Under the pieces are notes generated by a model. The model made no database searches, was not told where the DNA came from, and was given only the letters and a program-made list of their open reading frames with translations. From Azolla caroliniana (Eukaryota > Plantae > Polypodiophyta), in assembly GCA_043228905.1 (NCBI GenBank), contig JBHGNT010000002.1, positions 5,704,001-5,768,000 of the forward strand: a stretch of 64,000 bases of DNA, written 5' to 3'. A program made the position numbers and the translations under genes. Positions 50,542 to 62,357 of this stretch are shown here, one piece after another. The first letter of the stretch is position 1. Each line of letters opens with the position of its first letter.

Positions 50542-53500
50542 ATGATCATCATGTGGAGCAAAAAGACTGCCCATTCTGACATCAGGTAGGATCTAAACCC
50601 TAAATTGTACGGACATATGACCATCTACATGCTTTATATTTCGTATTAGAACTCGTTACGCCGTATCTAGTGGCTCCTAAGGCTAGAACTAGATACACCG
50701 TATCGAGTTATGACTCCCAACTCGATACAACGTATTGAATTATGTCCCTCAACTCGGTACGCCGTATCGAGTTGTTGCCCTAGGTGTCACAACTCGTTAC
50801 ATCGTATCGAAGTGGGGGCTATAACTTGTTACGGCGTATCGTGTTATGCCTCCTAGGGCTACAACTCGATACGTCGTATCGAGTTGTGCCTCCTAAAGCT
50901 ACAACTTGATACGGTGTATAGAGTTGTGGGACATAACTTGATACGGCGTATCGAGTTGGGGTACATAACTCGATACACCATAACGAGTTAGGCCTCCCAA
51001 CTCGTTACGGCTCGATACGCCGTATTGAGTTGTGGCTCCCAGGGCTAAAACTTGATACGGCGTATCAAGTTGGGCGTCTTAACTCGATACGTCATATCGA
51101 GTTGTGGCTCCCAGTGCTAAAACTCAATACGAAGGGGTCTTAACTCGATACGGCGTATCAAGTTATGGCTCCCAGGGCTTAAACTCGATACGGCGTATCG
51201 AGTTGGGGGTCATAACACATATTAGACCAAAAATAAGTAGTAAAATAGGTTCAACAATTCTAAATTAGGTCAAAATACGGTGAAATTGGATCAATAGAGT
51301 TGATGTTTAGGTACTGCTGGGGATACCAAAATCTTACTGATTTTAGTGTCCGGTGGACTATGAAACATTAAATATACATTTTCCTCTGTCCAGTCCCTAG
51401 GTTTCAAATCCATAAGTATACTAAATTGTTTATTTGGCATTCCAAACTACCAATCTGCTTACTATATATAATTTGTCACCCCATAATTTGAGAGATTATA
51501 GGTTTAGGTTCATCTGTTGTATTATTTTATGCAGGTCGACTGACACTAAGGAGGAGAGGCCACTTAGTAGAATTCGAATTAAGTATCAAAGCTCACCTCC
51601 AGACAACACAAAGATCCCTGTTGTGACATATCCACAAAAGGGAAAGAAACTCATGTTTGAAGACGAAGTCGTGAGGCTGCCGTCTGACGAGGTTAGTCAG
51701 AAAACATCTGCCGTGGTTGGAGGAAGTGAGGACCAGTTAGACATAGACTTAACTAGATATGAGTGGGCAATGCAATATGTAGACTCGAAAGAGAAAGTAG
51801 TACTGTTAGTTACCAGACTGGCTGGACGTGGTATGCTTGCTCAAGATCGTGCATTTAGCTATGGCAAAATCTTGCGGCTAGACTATGAAGATGCAGACTC
51901 AACTAATTTGATTGTATTAGTCAACTGTACAAAAGGAGTCCGACAGATGATGGTCTCCGAAGACTACTTGTTGAAGGATTCATGCGGGCCAAAATCCTTC
52001 CAACATGCTATTGAGACAAGTACTAACTTAATAACAACACTGAGGCCATATATTCAAGGTCATGTTAATTTGAAGACAACCTCCTTATCGCCCATTAAAG
52101 TACCAATAAGGAAATTTGTGGTGTAGTCCAGGCCCTCAAAAAAGAAGGTGACGAGAATGTCAGATTCTGAGTCATCGAGTTCAACAGAGAATGAAGAGGC
52201 TCAAGCTACACCAGGAGCAGAGCTGGCATCTGGTGTGTTCTCATGAGAACAAAATAAAATTAGAAGGGACTTAATACATAGAAAACTTGTGCGGAAGGGG
52301 AAAGTTTTTAACCTTCCGATAACCCATATTCATCGCCCCCCAATGGATGAGAATACAGGGCGTCGCCCTTTGGAGATCAAGGAACCACATAAGCTGCATG
52401 TCCAAAATTTAATGAAGAAGATGAAAATCAACCCTCATACAACGGTCGTGCCTTTTATTGTAATGGTGGATCCTCTTGAGTGCTCTAAGCTAGAGGATTT
52501 TGATATTAAGAAGCACGACCAATACAATTATTTTGTGATTGGAGGATCTCACTCGGTGGAGGCCAGACGACAATTAGTCCGCGAGCATCCCATAACGTTC
52601 TTCTTCAAATATGCGGAATGCAAAATTTATGTGGGGTTAACAACTGAGGAGGCGAAGTTGTTAGCATGGGACCACAATAACGACAATGACTATCGGCAGA
52701 AGATGTCCTCCATCAAACGCATTAGATTTTTTCACCACGAGTACCTCGACGGGAAAACCAAATATGGAGCGAAATTATATCCAGCTCTACAATGTCAATC
52801 TCCACGAAGTGGGAATTGTGTTGGACGATGCGGTGAAGTCTGATGGAATCAGAAAGTATGAGCCATGGTTTCAACTTGCATTAGGGATGGAGGAGTTTGG
52901 GATCTTCAAGATCAAATATTTACGATGTGGGAGAATGAAGGGTCAAAGACAAAAGAAGTTGAAAGTTGACCCTCAATTAGAATTGAAGAGCTCAGCTGCG
53001 AAGAAGATAGAGCTTACCATTGAGGAAGCGGTAGATGATATGAAGTTGTCTTTATGGAGGGCAATGCAAGGGATCAAAGATGAACAACTTCTTATATCTG
53101 TACTTTGAAGAGTTGTTGCGAAGGAGCTGAGCCTAGAGGAAATGGTTACGGAGTTCAACAAGTAAGGTCTTACTAAATTTTTTATGGTTTATCTTGTTTT
53201 AAGAAATGAATTTTTAATGTTGGTTTATAAATTTTCAGCCACAAAGTCTATATGAAAATACAAGAAGTGATGATGAAGCAACTAGGTTGCTTATCGTGGG
53301 AACAAGTGACTGAAGAATATTCGATAACTTCTTCGTACAAGGCGTTATTGGAATATTTCATTGCATTTAAGGATTGGGTGAGTATAACTCTTTGTTTGAT
53401 CAATTTGTGGTGGTCCATCCCATGTATCACTATAATTTTGTTGATGTCTTATTTTTTTTAGAAACCATGTCGGAGTAAGAGGCCTGGTGAAATAAGGGAT

Positions 53501-54756
53501 ATACATGACTTTCCAACATCCTTTCTTGCGCATCTTGAAAGGGCCAGAAAAGAGTAGGATTGACGCTTGGTAAGGGCGTTTGAGGTGGAAGATGACGGCA
53601 CCTTCAAGAAGTTTAGCCACAAAAAAGACATCACCAGAGATCTGTACTATAATGTTTATTGTGGGGATGTGGCTGACATGATCCATAAGCTGCCAAAGAA
53701 AGAGTATACGTTAATGGTAGCTGATATTCCATATGGTTTTCATATGGCTAGTTCGATCTACGATGACGAACCTTTTAGGTTCAAGCAGTTGGAAAAAATG
53801 GTAAAAGATTTCGCCAACTTGACCACCGCTTCCTTGCGGAGAATTGTAATATTTCATAGCATGGATCAAGGATATTCCATGGCTCAAGCAGTGAGATCTC
53901 ATTGCCATGGAATTGAGAACCTTGCTTGGTAAGGATTTTATCGAAAGCACTGTATTTCAATAGGAATTATATATTCTAATTTAAACTGCTAATAACGTTT
54001 TTCTCAATGATCAGGATTAAAACCAACGTAAATAAGGGACCAACTTTTCGGTTCGTCAACGCAATGGAATATATAACAGTTGGTTATTATGACGAGATCA
54101 AGAACCAAAGAATCAAGGAGCATTCGAATGAGGTGGGATGCTCAAACCTGCTCGTATATCCAACCGTGACACGGAACCTTCGACATGTGACCACGACTGA
54201 GCTTGGGCTTGTGAATCCCTACTAGAAGCCCCAACGTTTAATGATGCGCCTTGTGGAGATGTCTTCGAATGAAGATGACTGGATATTGGACTTGTTTTTT
54301 GGCACAGGTAAATGGTTGAATAATTTTCCCAATGTGTTGAAGGTTTTATTTATATTTAGACCTATGATAATACTCATTATTTCTTATTTATGGTGTTTAG
54401 GCACCACTTCGGCATGACCTTTGAAGCTTTTCCGAAATTTGGTCGCATTGGAGAAAGATGAGGAGCAGATGAACTTCATCAACATGAGACTTCACGCGCT
54501 TTGGGAATGCCCCGGTCAAGATGAGGAGGTAGGGGCCAAACATATGGTCGATACCGAACGTTTTCAGCTTGCCTCCCGTGAACCGATTCCTCCTTTGGCT
54601 GGTGAACCTGGAGAACTCGTAGAGCTTGAAGATGACTTAACGGAGGACCCCACGGTAGCGAGTCTATCTAGAGTGGATACTACTGCGCTAAAAGTGGATG
54701 ATAGTTCACCGATTGATGATGAATCCAATGATATGGATACTCTCCTAGCGATGTAG
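50542..54756 (+). pseudogene. Spliced gene: ParB/Srx-like domain fused to a beta-class amino (N6A/N4C) DNA methyltransferase
   Basis: Predicted exons 50542-50585, 51535-53161, 53239-53377, 53462-53928, 54015-54307 and 54401-54756, all with GT-AG introns. ParB-like PFIVMV..YFVIGGSHSVEARRQL..VGLTTEEAKLLA. MTase YCGDV..MVADIPYG (53723-53734), W|IK, NPY*KP.RLM..LV..SS..DWILDLFFGTG|TT..LFRNLVALEKD. Has internal stops. Confidence 0.82.
50650..51204. repeat. Array of ~16 copies of a 23-bp palindrome with 9- or 17-bp spacers
   Basis: Consensus AACTCGATACG-N-CGTATCGAGTT at 50650, 50687, 50719, 50751, 50791, 50823, 50863, 50903, 50935, 50967, ~51009, 51049, 51081, 51142 and 51182, plus half-sites. Confidence 0.95.
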
Positions 54757-56652
54757 TTAGAGTTTATAAAAAAACTTTTAATGTATTTACTTCTGATCAA
54801 AGATCTTTTAATCAATTCTATTTCCTAATATGATCCAATTTATTTGTTTATATGGTGTTATATTATGTTTTAATTAATGTGTTGCTATGTGCTGAGGTGT
54901 TTAAGACAAAGAATAATCTTACACCATATGAGGGCTTGACCAAACCGGTTAGATAGAGTTGTGACTCATAATATATTATATAGATCAAGAGAGACTCAAG
55001 AAATTAAGAAAAAAAGATACAGAAGATGAGAAAGAGATAATATTGTTATGATATTCCAACATCAAGACAATACAAAGGAGATAAACTCCACATTCAACTA
55101 AGAAACCAAAGACCTTCTTACTACTAATCACTCAAAAACCACAATTAAGACCCTTCCTCTTTCACTAGGATTTCTCTTCCTAAGACTCCCTCTCCTCTAT
55201 TAGGATCCTCTACCTATTAGTTCCTTTTTTTATTAGTCCTTCCACTTCTTTTATAATTTTCTTCTTCCTCCTCGTTCACGCTATTTTTAGAAGCTTTTTA
55301 TTTCCTATTTTTAGCTAAGACCCAACGACCTTCTAATCGTCATATCTCCCTCATCATAGCTCCAAATTTAGTGATTTAAAAATCTATAGATAGCTCTCTT
55401 TACAAGATTTCTAACCCATATTTAAACATAATATTTGGGTCTTACACGAAGGAGTTATGACCATTCCTTTTTTACTGTTTTTTATGGTCCGCTTTTTCTC
55501 TTTTTACTTTTCTCTTGGTCTCGTACTTTTACTTTTGACTTCTTCCTAAGGTCTTGGTTTGTGTTCTTAGCCTCCAAATGTGAGTTATCCATACTTTATA
55601 GTCTTCTAATGTTCAATGGCTTAGATTCTAAAAACACTTTCACATTTAGCCCTCCCCCTTGCTAGAGGCTAAGCCATTAATGGCGAAGCACTTAATGGTA
55701 GTACTTAACAAACGAAAGCTCTCTCGCCAATCTCTTGGCTATAGACAATGAGAGAGATATAATAAAAAAGAAAATAAAAAGATGTGAGTAAAACCCCCGC
55801 TAATCGGTAGGAAAAACCTCACACTTCTAAACGCACACGCACGCACACGCACATTGACAATTGCCATCACCATCTTTCTCCTTGTCAACACAAAGAAAGA
55901 GGTTACTACAATTATTATGTCTTTGTCAACTCTCCATACACAAGTAGGGCCATGGGATACATAACTCTTGATAGAAGTAAGCATGTCAACATATGAATGA
56001 ATCTTTCGAGTGAGCGAACCTTTTGCACAAATACCTTCAAAGCTTCGAGACTTGTTAGAATGATTATCTTTTGAAGTACGTTGATATTTGAATCATCCAC
56101 ATATTCTTGGCACAACACATTGTCCACACTACCTTGTTTTGTATAAATGACCATTTGATCTACAATCTCATCTCGGAAAGGAAGTGAAATTTGATCTCGT
56201 TTGAAATTGATCTCATTCTTCTTTGGAACCAAAACTATAGGTGACACACACTTCAAATCTTCCATCTTATAATTGGAACTTTCTTGTAACCATGCATTGA
56301 ACCCTTGCATAAATTCTTCCTTTTGTTCAACACTCAATTGCCGAAGCTTTGGGGAAATTGATACACTTTCCTTCAAGTTGATGTGGTATTTGTTGCAAGC
56401 TTCTCCTCTTATCCCAAAACACTTGATGAACACATCCTCCACTATGTTTGTGCAATGCACCACTCCACTATCTACTACAACCACCCTTGCTGAAGATGAC
56501 CTACTAATAGGAATTCCCACTTTGTTTACTACAAATTCAGAAATCAAGCTTACCCTAGCACCACTATCAACCAAAGCATCTTTGATGTGAAACCCTTTGA
56601 TGGAGACCGGGATGGTTGGACGTATGTCCTTTCGATGTTCTACTCGCACAAT

Positions 56653-57026
56653 CCCCACATAATGCATGGTCTTCCTACTTTGGCGAATACTTGCAAGCTT
56701 TCCCCACTCCTTTCGTAATGTGAGAGATAATTGGAGAAGATGTGGCCATGTTATCCTTGGTCCACTCGATATCAATTCATGCTTCCAATTGAAAGCTTCT
56801 ACACCTTCTCCCATAGGAATATCCTCCATCTTTATCTTCTCCCCACATAATGCACGGTCTTCCTACTTTGGAGAATACTTGCAAGCTTTCCCCACTCCTT
56901 TCGTAATGTGGGAGATAATTGGAGAAGTTGTGGCCATGTTATCCTTGGTCCACTCGATATCAATTCATGCTTCCGATTGAAAGCTTCTACACCTTCTCCC
57001 ATAGGAATATCCTCCATCTTTATCTT
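56653..57026 (-). repeat. ~188-bp tandem duplication between gag and protease
   Basis: CCCCACATAATGCA...CCTCCATCTTTATCTT starts at 56653 and again at 56841. Confidence 0.93.
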
Positions 57027-57296
57027 CCATTTGGAGCGTCTCCTTCTCAATTTCTCCTCTTCCTCATTCTCCTCTTCCTCATTCTCCTTAGACTTCTTCT
57101 TTTCTCTCGAGGCACTAGATTCTCCATCAACTTCTTTCTCATTTTGCGAGGCTCTTGTCCTTTTCACAGGAGCTACTTCACAAGCACTATCACTATCATC
57201 AATAATATTTAGAAGATTCACATTATGAGGAATTGTAGGAACCTGAGTCATAGGAAGTGTTATGGATTCGCCTCATTCGACTCCATTGTTGATAGG

Positions 57297-58193
57297 TCAT
57301 TGTCCATTCCGTTGCACTTCATACATGTCTCTTTCCATACCTCTTTGTTGTCGATGAGGACATCTTGTTGAGATGTGTCCCTCCTCTTGACAAGAATAAC
57401 AAATTACACCTTGATGCCCTCTAGAGCCACCACCATCGGGAATAATGTTGTGAATTGCTTGGGATTGTCGCAAGTGGGCCATCACTTCATCAAAGCGTTG
57501 ATTCACCAATGCCATTGTATCTTGTTCACTCTTCACTTGTTCCACTTCTTGAGATATACTTGTTGGGTTTATTGTTGTGGTGGTATACACATTTGGAAAC
57601 ACTTGTCCACCATGCACAATTGAAGATGAGGCTTGAAAGTTGGCACGAGGCATTAAATTTGCACCCAAAGCCGTCATTTGGGGATCCCCCATGGAACTCA
57701 TCATCTTCACTCGTCGATCATAAGCTTGACAAACTTGGAGAAGAGCTTGAAAAGTCGTTGGATCCTTCAAGCTTGCCTCCAAACAGAAATGCATATCAAG
57801 GCCCACCTTAAATTGTTCTATCTTAAACCACTCATCTTCGGTGCCACCACGAAGACGAATCCACCTCGTCCACAATTCTTGGAAATTTCTTTCATACTCT
57901 AAAAAACCAAAAGGTGATTCCATCTTTAGTTGAAAAAGCTCCTCCCTTACCTCAGTTGCACTTTGCCACTGAATATATCTTGTAGGAAATTGATGCACCA
58001 ACAATTGATATTCTCCTTGTTCATTTTGCGGAAGAGAGTCATACCAATCTCGAGCACGACCATAGAATGTAGCTACCAACAAGGGCAACTTTTCGTTGTC
58101 GGTGATGCATCCAATAGAGATGGCATGATGCTCAAAGCATGCCAAAAAGGCACCAGCATCTTGTGTTCTTTCACCCGAAAATGCAAATTGCAT
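57297..58193 (-). CDS. Gypsy gag of element G
   Basis: Open frame from MQFAFSGE with retrotransposon-gag helices (ARDWYDSL, FKVGL) and a CCHC knuckle. Confidence 0.8.
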   Translation of the reverse strand: MQFAFSGERTQDAGAFLACFEHHAISIGCITDNEKLPLLVATFYGRARDWYDSLPQNEQGEYQLLVHQFPTRYIQWQSATEVREELFQLKMESPFGFLEYERNFQELWTRWIRLRGGTEDEWFKIEQFKVGLDMHFCLEASLKDPTTFQALLQVCQAYDRRVKMMSSMGDPQMTALGANLMPRANFQASSSIVHGGQVFPNVYTTTTINPTSISQEVEQVKSEQDTMALVNQRFDEVMAHLRQSQAIHNIIPDGGGSRGHQGVICYSCQEEGHISTRCPHRQQRGMERDMYEVQRNGQ

Positions 58194-58539
58194 AGCTAAG
58201 TTAATGTAATATAGTAACACAATTAAATGATAACTTCTCCTCCTATATGGAAAGGATCGGCCCTCCCTAGAGCGCCAAAAATGATGACGTGTATAAGATA
58301 AAGGATAGTTATACACAATATGGGGGCTTGACCAAACCGATTAGATGGAGTTATGAATCATAATATATTATATAGATCAAGGTATCTACGAATTAGAGAG
58401 AATGACTCAAGAAATTAAGAAAAAAGATTGAGAAGATGAGCAAGAAATAAGAATGTTCTCATATTCCACTATCAAGAGAATACAAAGGAGATAAACTCCA
58501 CTAAAACCAAAGACCTTCCTCTTCAAAGAAACTTCCTCT

Positions 58540-58915
58540 TCCACTAAGACAACTCTTCCTAAGACTCCTCCTCCACTCTTAGGATCCTCATCCACTCTTC
58601 CTAAGACTCCTCCACACTTAGGACTCCTCATCCACTCTTCCTAAGACTCCTCCACACTTAGGACTCCTCATCCACTCTTAGGATCCTCATCCACACTTCC
58701 TAAGACACCTCCACCCTTAGGACTCCTCATCCACTCTTAGGATCCTCATCCACTCTTCCTAAGACTCCTCCACACTTAGGACTCCTCATCCACTCTTCCT
58801 AAGATATCCTCCACACTTTGGACTCCTCATCCACTCTTAGGATCCTCATCCACTCTTCCTAAGACTCCTCCACACTTAGAACTCCTCATCCACTCTTAGG
58901 ATTCCTCACCTCCAC
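58540..58915. repeat. Tandem array (CCTAAGACTCCTCCACACTTAGGACTCCTCATCCACTCTT-type units) in the 5' LTR of G
   Basis: Directly visible repeats; only about one unit is present at the equivalent place in the other LTR (~55180-55210). Confidence 0.93.
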
Positions 58916-60175
58916 TAAGACCTTCTTCTTTTATAACCTTCCTCTTCTTCCTCGTTCACGCTATTTTTAGAAGCTTTTTATCTCCCTATTTTTAGCTATG
59001 ACACATCGACCTTCTAATCGTCATATCTCCCTTATCCAATCTCCAAATTAAGAGATTTAACAAGCTATAGAAAGCTCTCTTTACAAGCTTTCTAAGCCAT
59101 ATTTAAACGTGATATTTGGGTAAAAACGAGGGAGTTATGACCATTCTATTTTTACTGCTTTTTATGGTTTGCTTTTTCTCTTTTTACTTTTCTCTTGGTC
59201 TCTTACTTTTACTTTTAACTTCTTCCATAAGCTCTTAGTTCGTGTTCTTATCCTCCAAATGTGAATTATCCATACTTTATATCCATCTAGTGTTCAATGG
59301 TTTGAATTCAAAAAACACTTTCACACTATGTTTATATCTTGTGGCACATATTTATTAAATTTGTTGGACTATCATCTAAGTATATAGTTAAGATCAAAGA
59401 ATATGTATGTTCATTCTTCATATTTACCCATCAATTGTGTTTATAAAACTTAGTTCCATGTTTTCTATTTCCAATCACTTTTTGAATTTATTATACTTAT
59501 AGAATAACTATGATAAATAATATTTACTGGGACTGAAGGAGGCATTTGTAGATATTGGGGAGTATTTGCTTTATTAGAGGGGATTGTACAACAATAATCA
59601 TGTTTCTATGATTGATGGTTGTCTGGACTGGATGTATGGAGGGCTAGATTATTATTACTCCATTTGTATATATGTGTTTAACCTCTTGATTTAGTGTTTA
59701 TGTGTAGACAATCAAATGAAAATTTTAATGCATGCTTTAATGTTAATACCGGAGAGTTATCTCTATTATGGCACCCAAAAATTTAGCACTGCCTATACCT
59801 TAATAATAGTCATATATGTTTTGGGTATATTCTTGTATGTCTAATGTAATGTAAACTAATAGTTATGAGAACGCTTTCTACTTCTAATTTTCATGTGTTG
59901 TCATGAACATTTACATTTGGTATTATATCCTAATGATCTTTACTAACTATTAGTCATTATGTATTGTATTCAATAATATGTAAATATCAATTTCTCAAAT
60001 AGCATATACACCTCTCTTGGAAAGTTTAACCACTGTAAACCTATGCACTTCACATCTCGCGAAAATGGAATTCCTGTTTGTTAATGCTTTAGTCAAATAA
60101 TTAATTTGTATAAAATGAATGCGCGGTAAAAACCAACCCTAAATTTTTAAACATTGCAAGACTAAATCAAGTACA

Positions 60176-61001
60176 TTTTTTTTTTTCCAAAATGAAGCTA
60201 CTTTCCCATTAGTTAGGAAGGATTATTACATAGAGAGTCTACAAGGAGACTTATACACACATCGGGCAGTCTTCCTCCGATAAAGTAAAAGAAGATCAAC
60301 CTACTTACAATGCCTTGCGGCCTAACTTAATGTAAGAAGCTACCTATATCTAAGGTGATGGCCTTCAATGTTGCCTAGTACGAGTCGGCTCTTGGGCCTA
60401 CAACGAAGAGAGGGTGGTAGGTGAGTAGGAAACAACCATCGTGGGGGCTGGTAATTCCACCTCGGGCCACTCTCGCCTTGCATCACCATAGGTGTGTTCC
60501 TCCATTTCTGCCAAAAGCGCAACTGGGCAGAGATCACGTCGTTGGAGTGGCTGCAAATCTCTTCCAGTTGCCCTCGTAGGCAGCTGATAATCGCGAACCA
60601 TATGTCCATGATCACTTCCTCCGGGGGTCATACCGTACCTTGGAAAACCTTGAGGCAACGCGCTTTCCATTAGTACCACAAGGTGAAACCTACAATCAGC
60701 ATCCAGATTTCTGGAAACCTAGGCGATGGGGGCTGCAAGCCTCTTTCGAAACGGATCTTGACGATTTTGCCTCTCGTGCATACATAGCACCAACTATCCG
60801 CATTGACGGTGTCCGTCCACCCTTCAACCGAGTTACCAATCCATGCCGCAGCGCTCCACAAGGCTGTTCCTTCAACTTCACATGCCGCAAGGAGGCGAGT
60901 CACTCTATCCCAGATCTTTTGAGCTTGAGGGCAATCCCACAGACAATGTCTCAGAGTCTCAATAGGTCGAGAGCACAGTGGGCAGCCTAACGGGCCGCCG
61001 G
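60176..61001 (-). mobile_element. 5'-truncated L1-type LINE 3' fragment
   Basis: The minus strand translates GCPLCSRPIETLRHCLWDCPQAQKIW (zf-RVT CCHC) near 60990-60910, followed by a W-rich tail and an A11 tract at 60176-60186. Confidence 0.8.
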
Positions 61002-62357
61002 TTTATTTCTTTGATCATTTGTTGCGTAAGATCATAAATCAATCCCATAGTAGCACCTTCCCTATCTGCTAAATGAAGTAGTTTCAAAATTGGTAAGCAT
61101 AATGTCACTATCATCTTCACATTTGACCAAAATCTAGCATAAAAAATAATTGTAACTATCTCCTCAGCCTTCTTTGTTCTAAATCCCTTCCATTTGCCCC
61201 ATTGTTCACTGACCATCATTCTTCTCAAATCACCATATACTCTCTCATCTAGCAAATTTGAAAGAACAATAAAACTATATGCAAACCTTGTATTAGAAGG
61301 TTTAAGCAATTCTTTCTCACTAAAACTTCGAAACATTGCCAAAACATTTTATTTTCTAGTTATGAAAACGGTAATCTTCATAGCTGATCGCAAAGTGTTA
61401 TCAATCCAAGCCAATTTGGCGATATCCTCAAATAACAAATCTACACAATGACATCTGCATCTAGTATAGAAAATTGATGCCCACTCTTTTTCTATCGTCT
61501 CCCCTGCCACCACACAATTAGTAACGTTATCCATACAAACTTGCACTACATTCAATGGTCCAACTTTGAGAATAACATCTTTTAAAATGTTAAAAATGTA
61601 TTCTCCTGTCTTAACATGACTGCTTGTGTCCACTGATTTCAAAAATATTGAGCATAGATGATGCCATAACATTAATAATCGGTTTATTTCTTGTATCAAT
61701 CCAGCCATCACTAACGATTGTGCATCCATATGTTTTCCAATATTCTTTCATTTGTGATAAATGGCGTTCGACAGATTTAATTTCTACATTCAAATACTTA
61801 TTGCGCAATTGATATGCAGAAGGTGGTTTAAAAGAAAGCCCAACTTGTCCAACAGCCTTAAGCATATCATGGAAAAATGAACTTTCTACTTTTCCATGTG
61901 GAATATCTTCAGCATAAAATAACCTTACTACTGCCTCTTCTGCATTTTTCCTTAGTTGCATATTCCATGCCATTGGTAAGGAACTACTTGCATCCAATTT
62001 CATTTTTTTCCTTGCTTCAGTACATGCTTGAGGTTGAGATACATTATGCATTTCATTTTCAGAAATCAATGCAGAAGTAATACTTTGATTTTCATTTCGA
62101 ATAGGTGCATCGACATTTGAAACAACTTCCTCACTTGCAATCCCCATTAATCTCTTGATTTGTTGTTTTACATCATTACTTGCATGTTTACATTTCTCCA
62201 CGCCTTGTCCTCTCAATCCCAATAAGTGGACTCTAATCCGTTGTGGACCACCAACATAAGTATGGCTGCAATATTTGCATTGCATCACATGCATACCTTT
62301 GGGATGCTTCTTATGAATCAGGACATGGTTCCATTCTTCACCCTTTTGTCTACCCAT
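61002..62357 (-). pseudogene. hAT transposase, N-terminal two-thirds (BED finger plus DUF659-type catalytic region)
   Basis: WNHV..CKYCSHTYVGGPQRIRVHL..C; YGCTIVSDGW; VVQVCMDN..C.CHCVDL; KPSNTRFA. Frameshifted and cut by the LINE. Confidence 0.92.

Larger units (their letters stand above)
54890..59325 (-). mobile_element. Non-autonomous Ty3/gypsy element G (gag-protease plus collapsed RT remnant, no integrase)
   Basis: LTRs 58282-59325 and 54890-55644; TSD CTATG; PBS TGGCGCTCTAG at 58267-58277; PPT AAGGGGGAGGG; gag knuckle CYSCQEEGHISTRC; protease LVDSGA; RT scraps VSPIVLVPKKN and LPFRDEIVD. Confidence 0.88.

Noticed and set aside
50650-51204. CRISPR array (palindromic repeat plus spacers)
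   Set aside because: The spacers are only 9 or 17 bp and related to each other, there are no cas genes, and the context is a eukaryotic intron.
50542-54756. Bacterial or phage contamination as the source of the ParB-MTase
   Set aside because: GT-AG introns split conserved motifs, and the gene is embedded among plant retrotransposons with TSDs.
59331-60160. Possible gene or RNA in the AT-rich stretch
   Set aside because: No ORF, splice pattern or structured-RNA signature that I can support.
41240-60170. Terminal inverted repeats for the Sola1-like module
   Set aside because: Only a 5-bp TTTAG/CTAAA match and a weak AAATTT.GGGTT similarity were seen, with no TSD. The boundaries remain unassigned.
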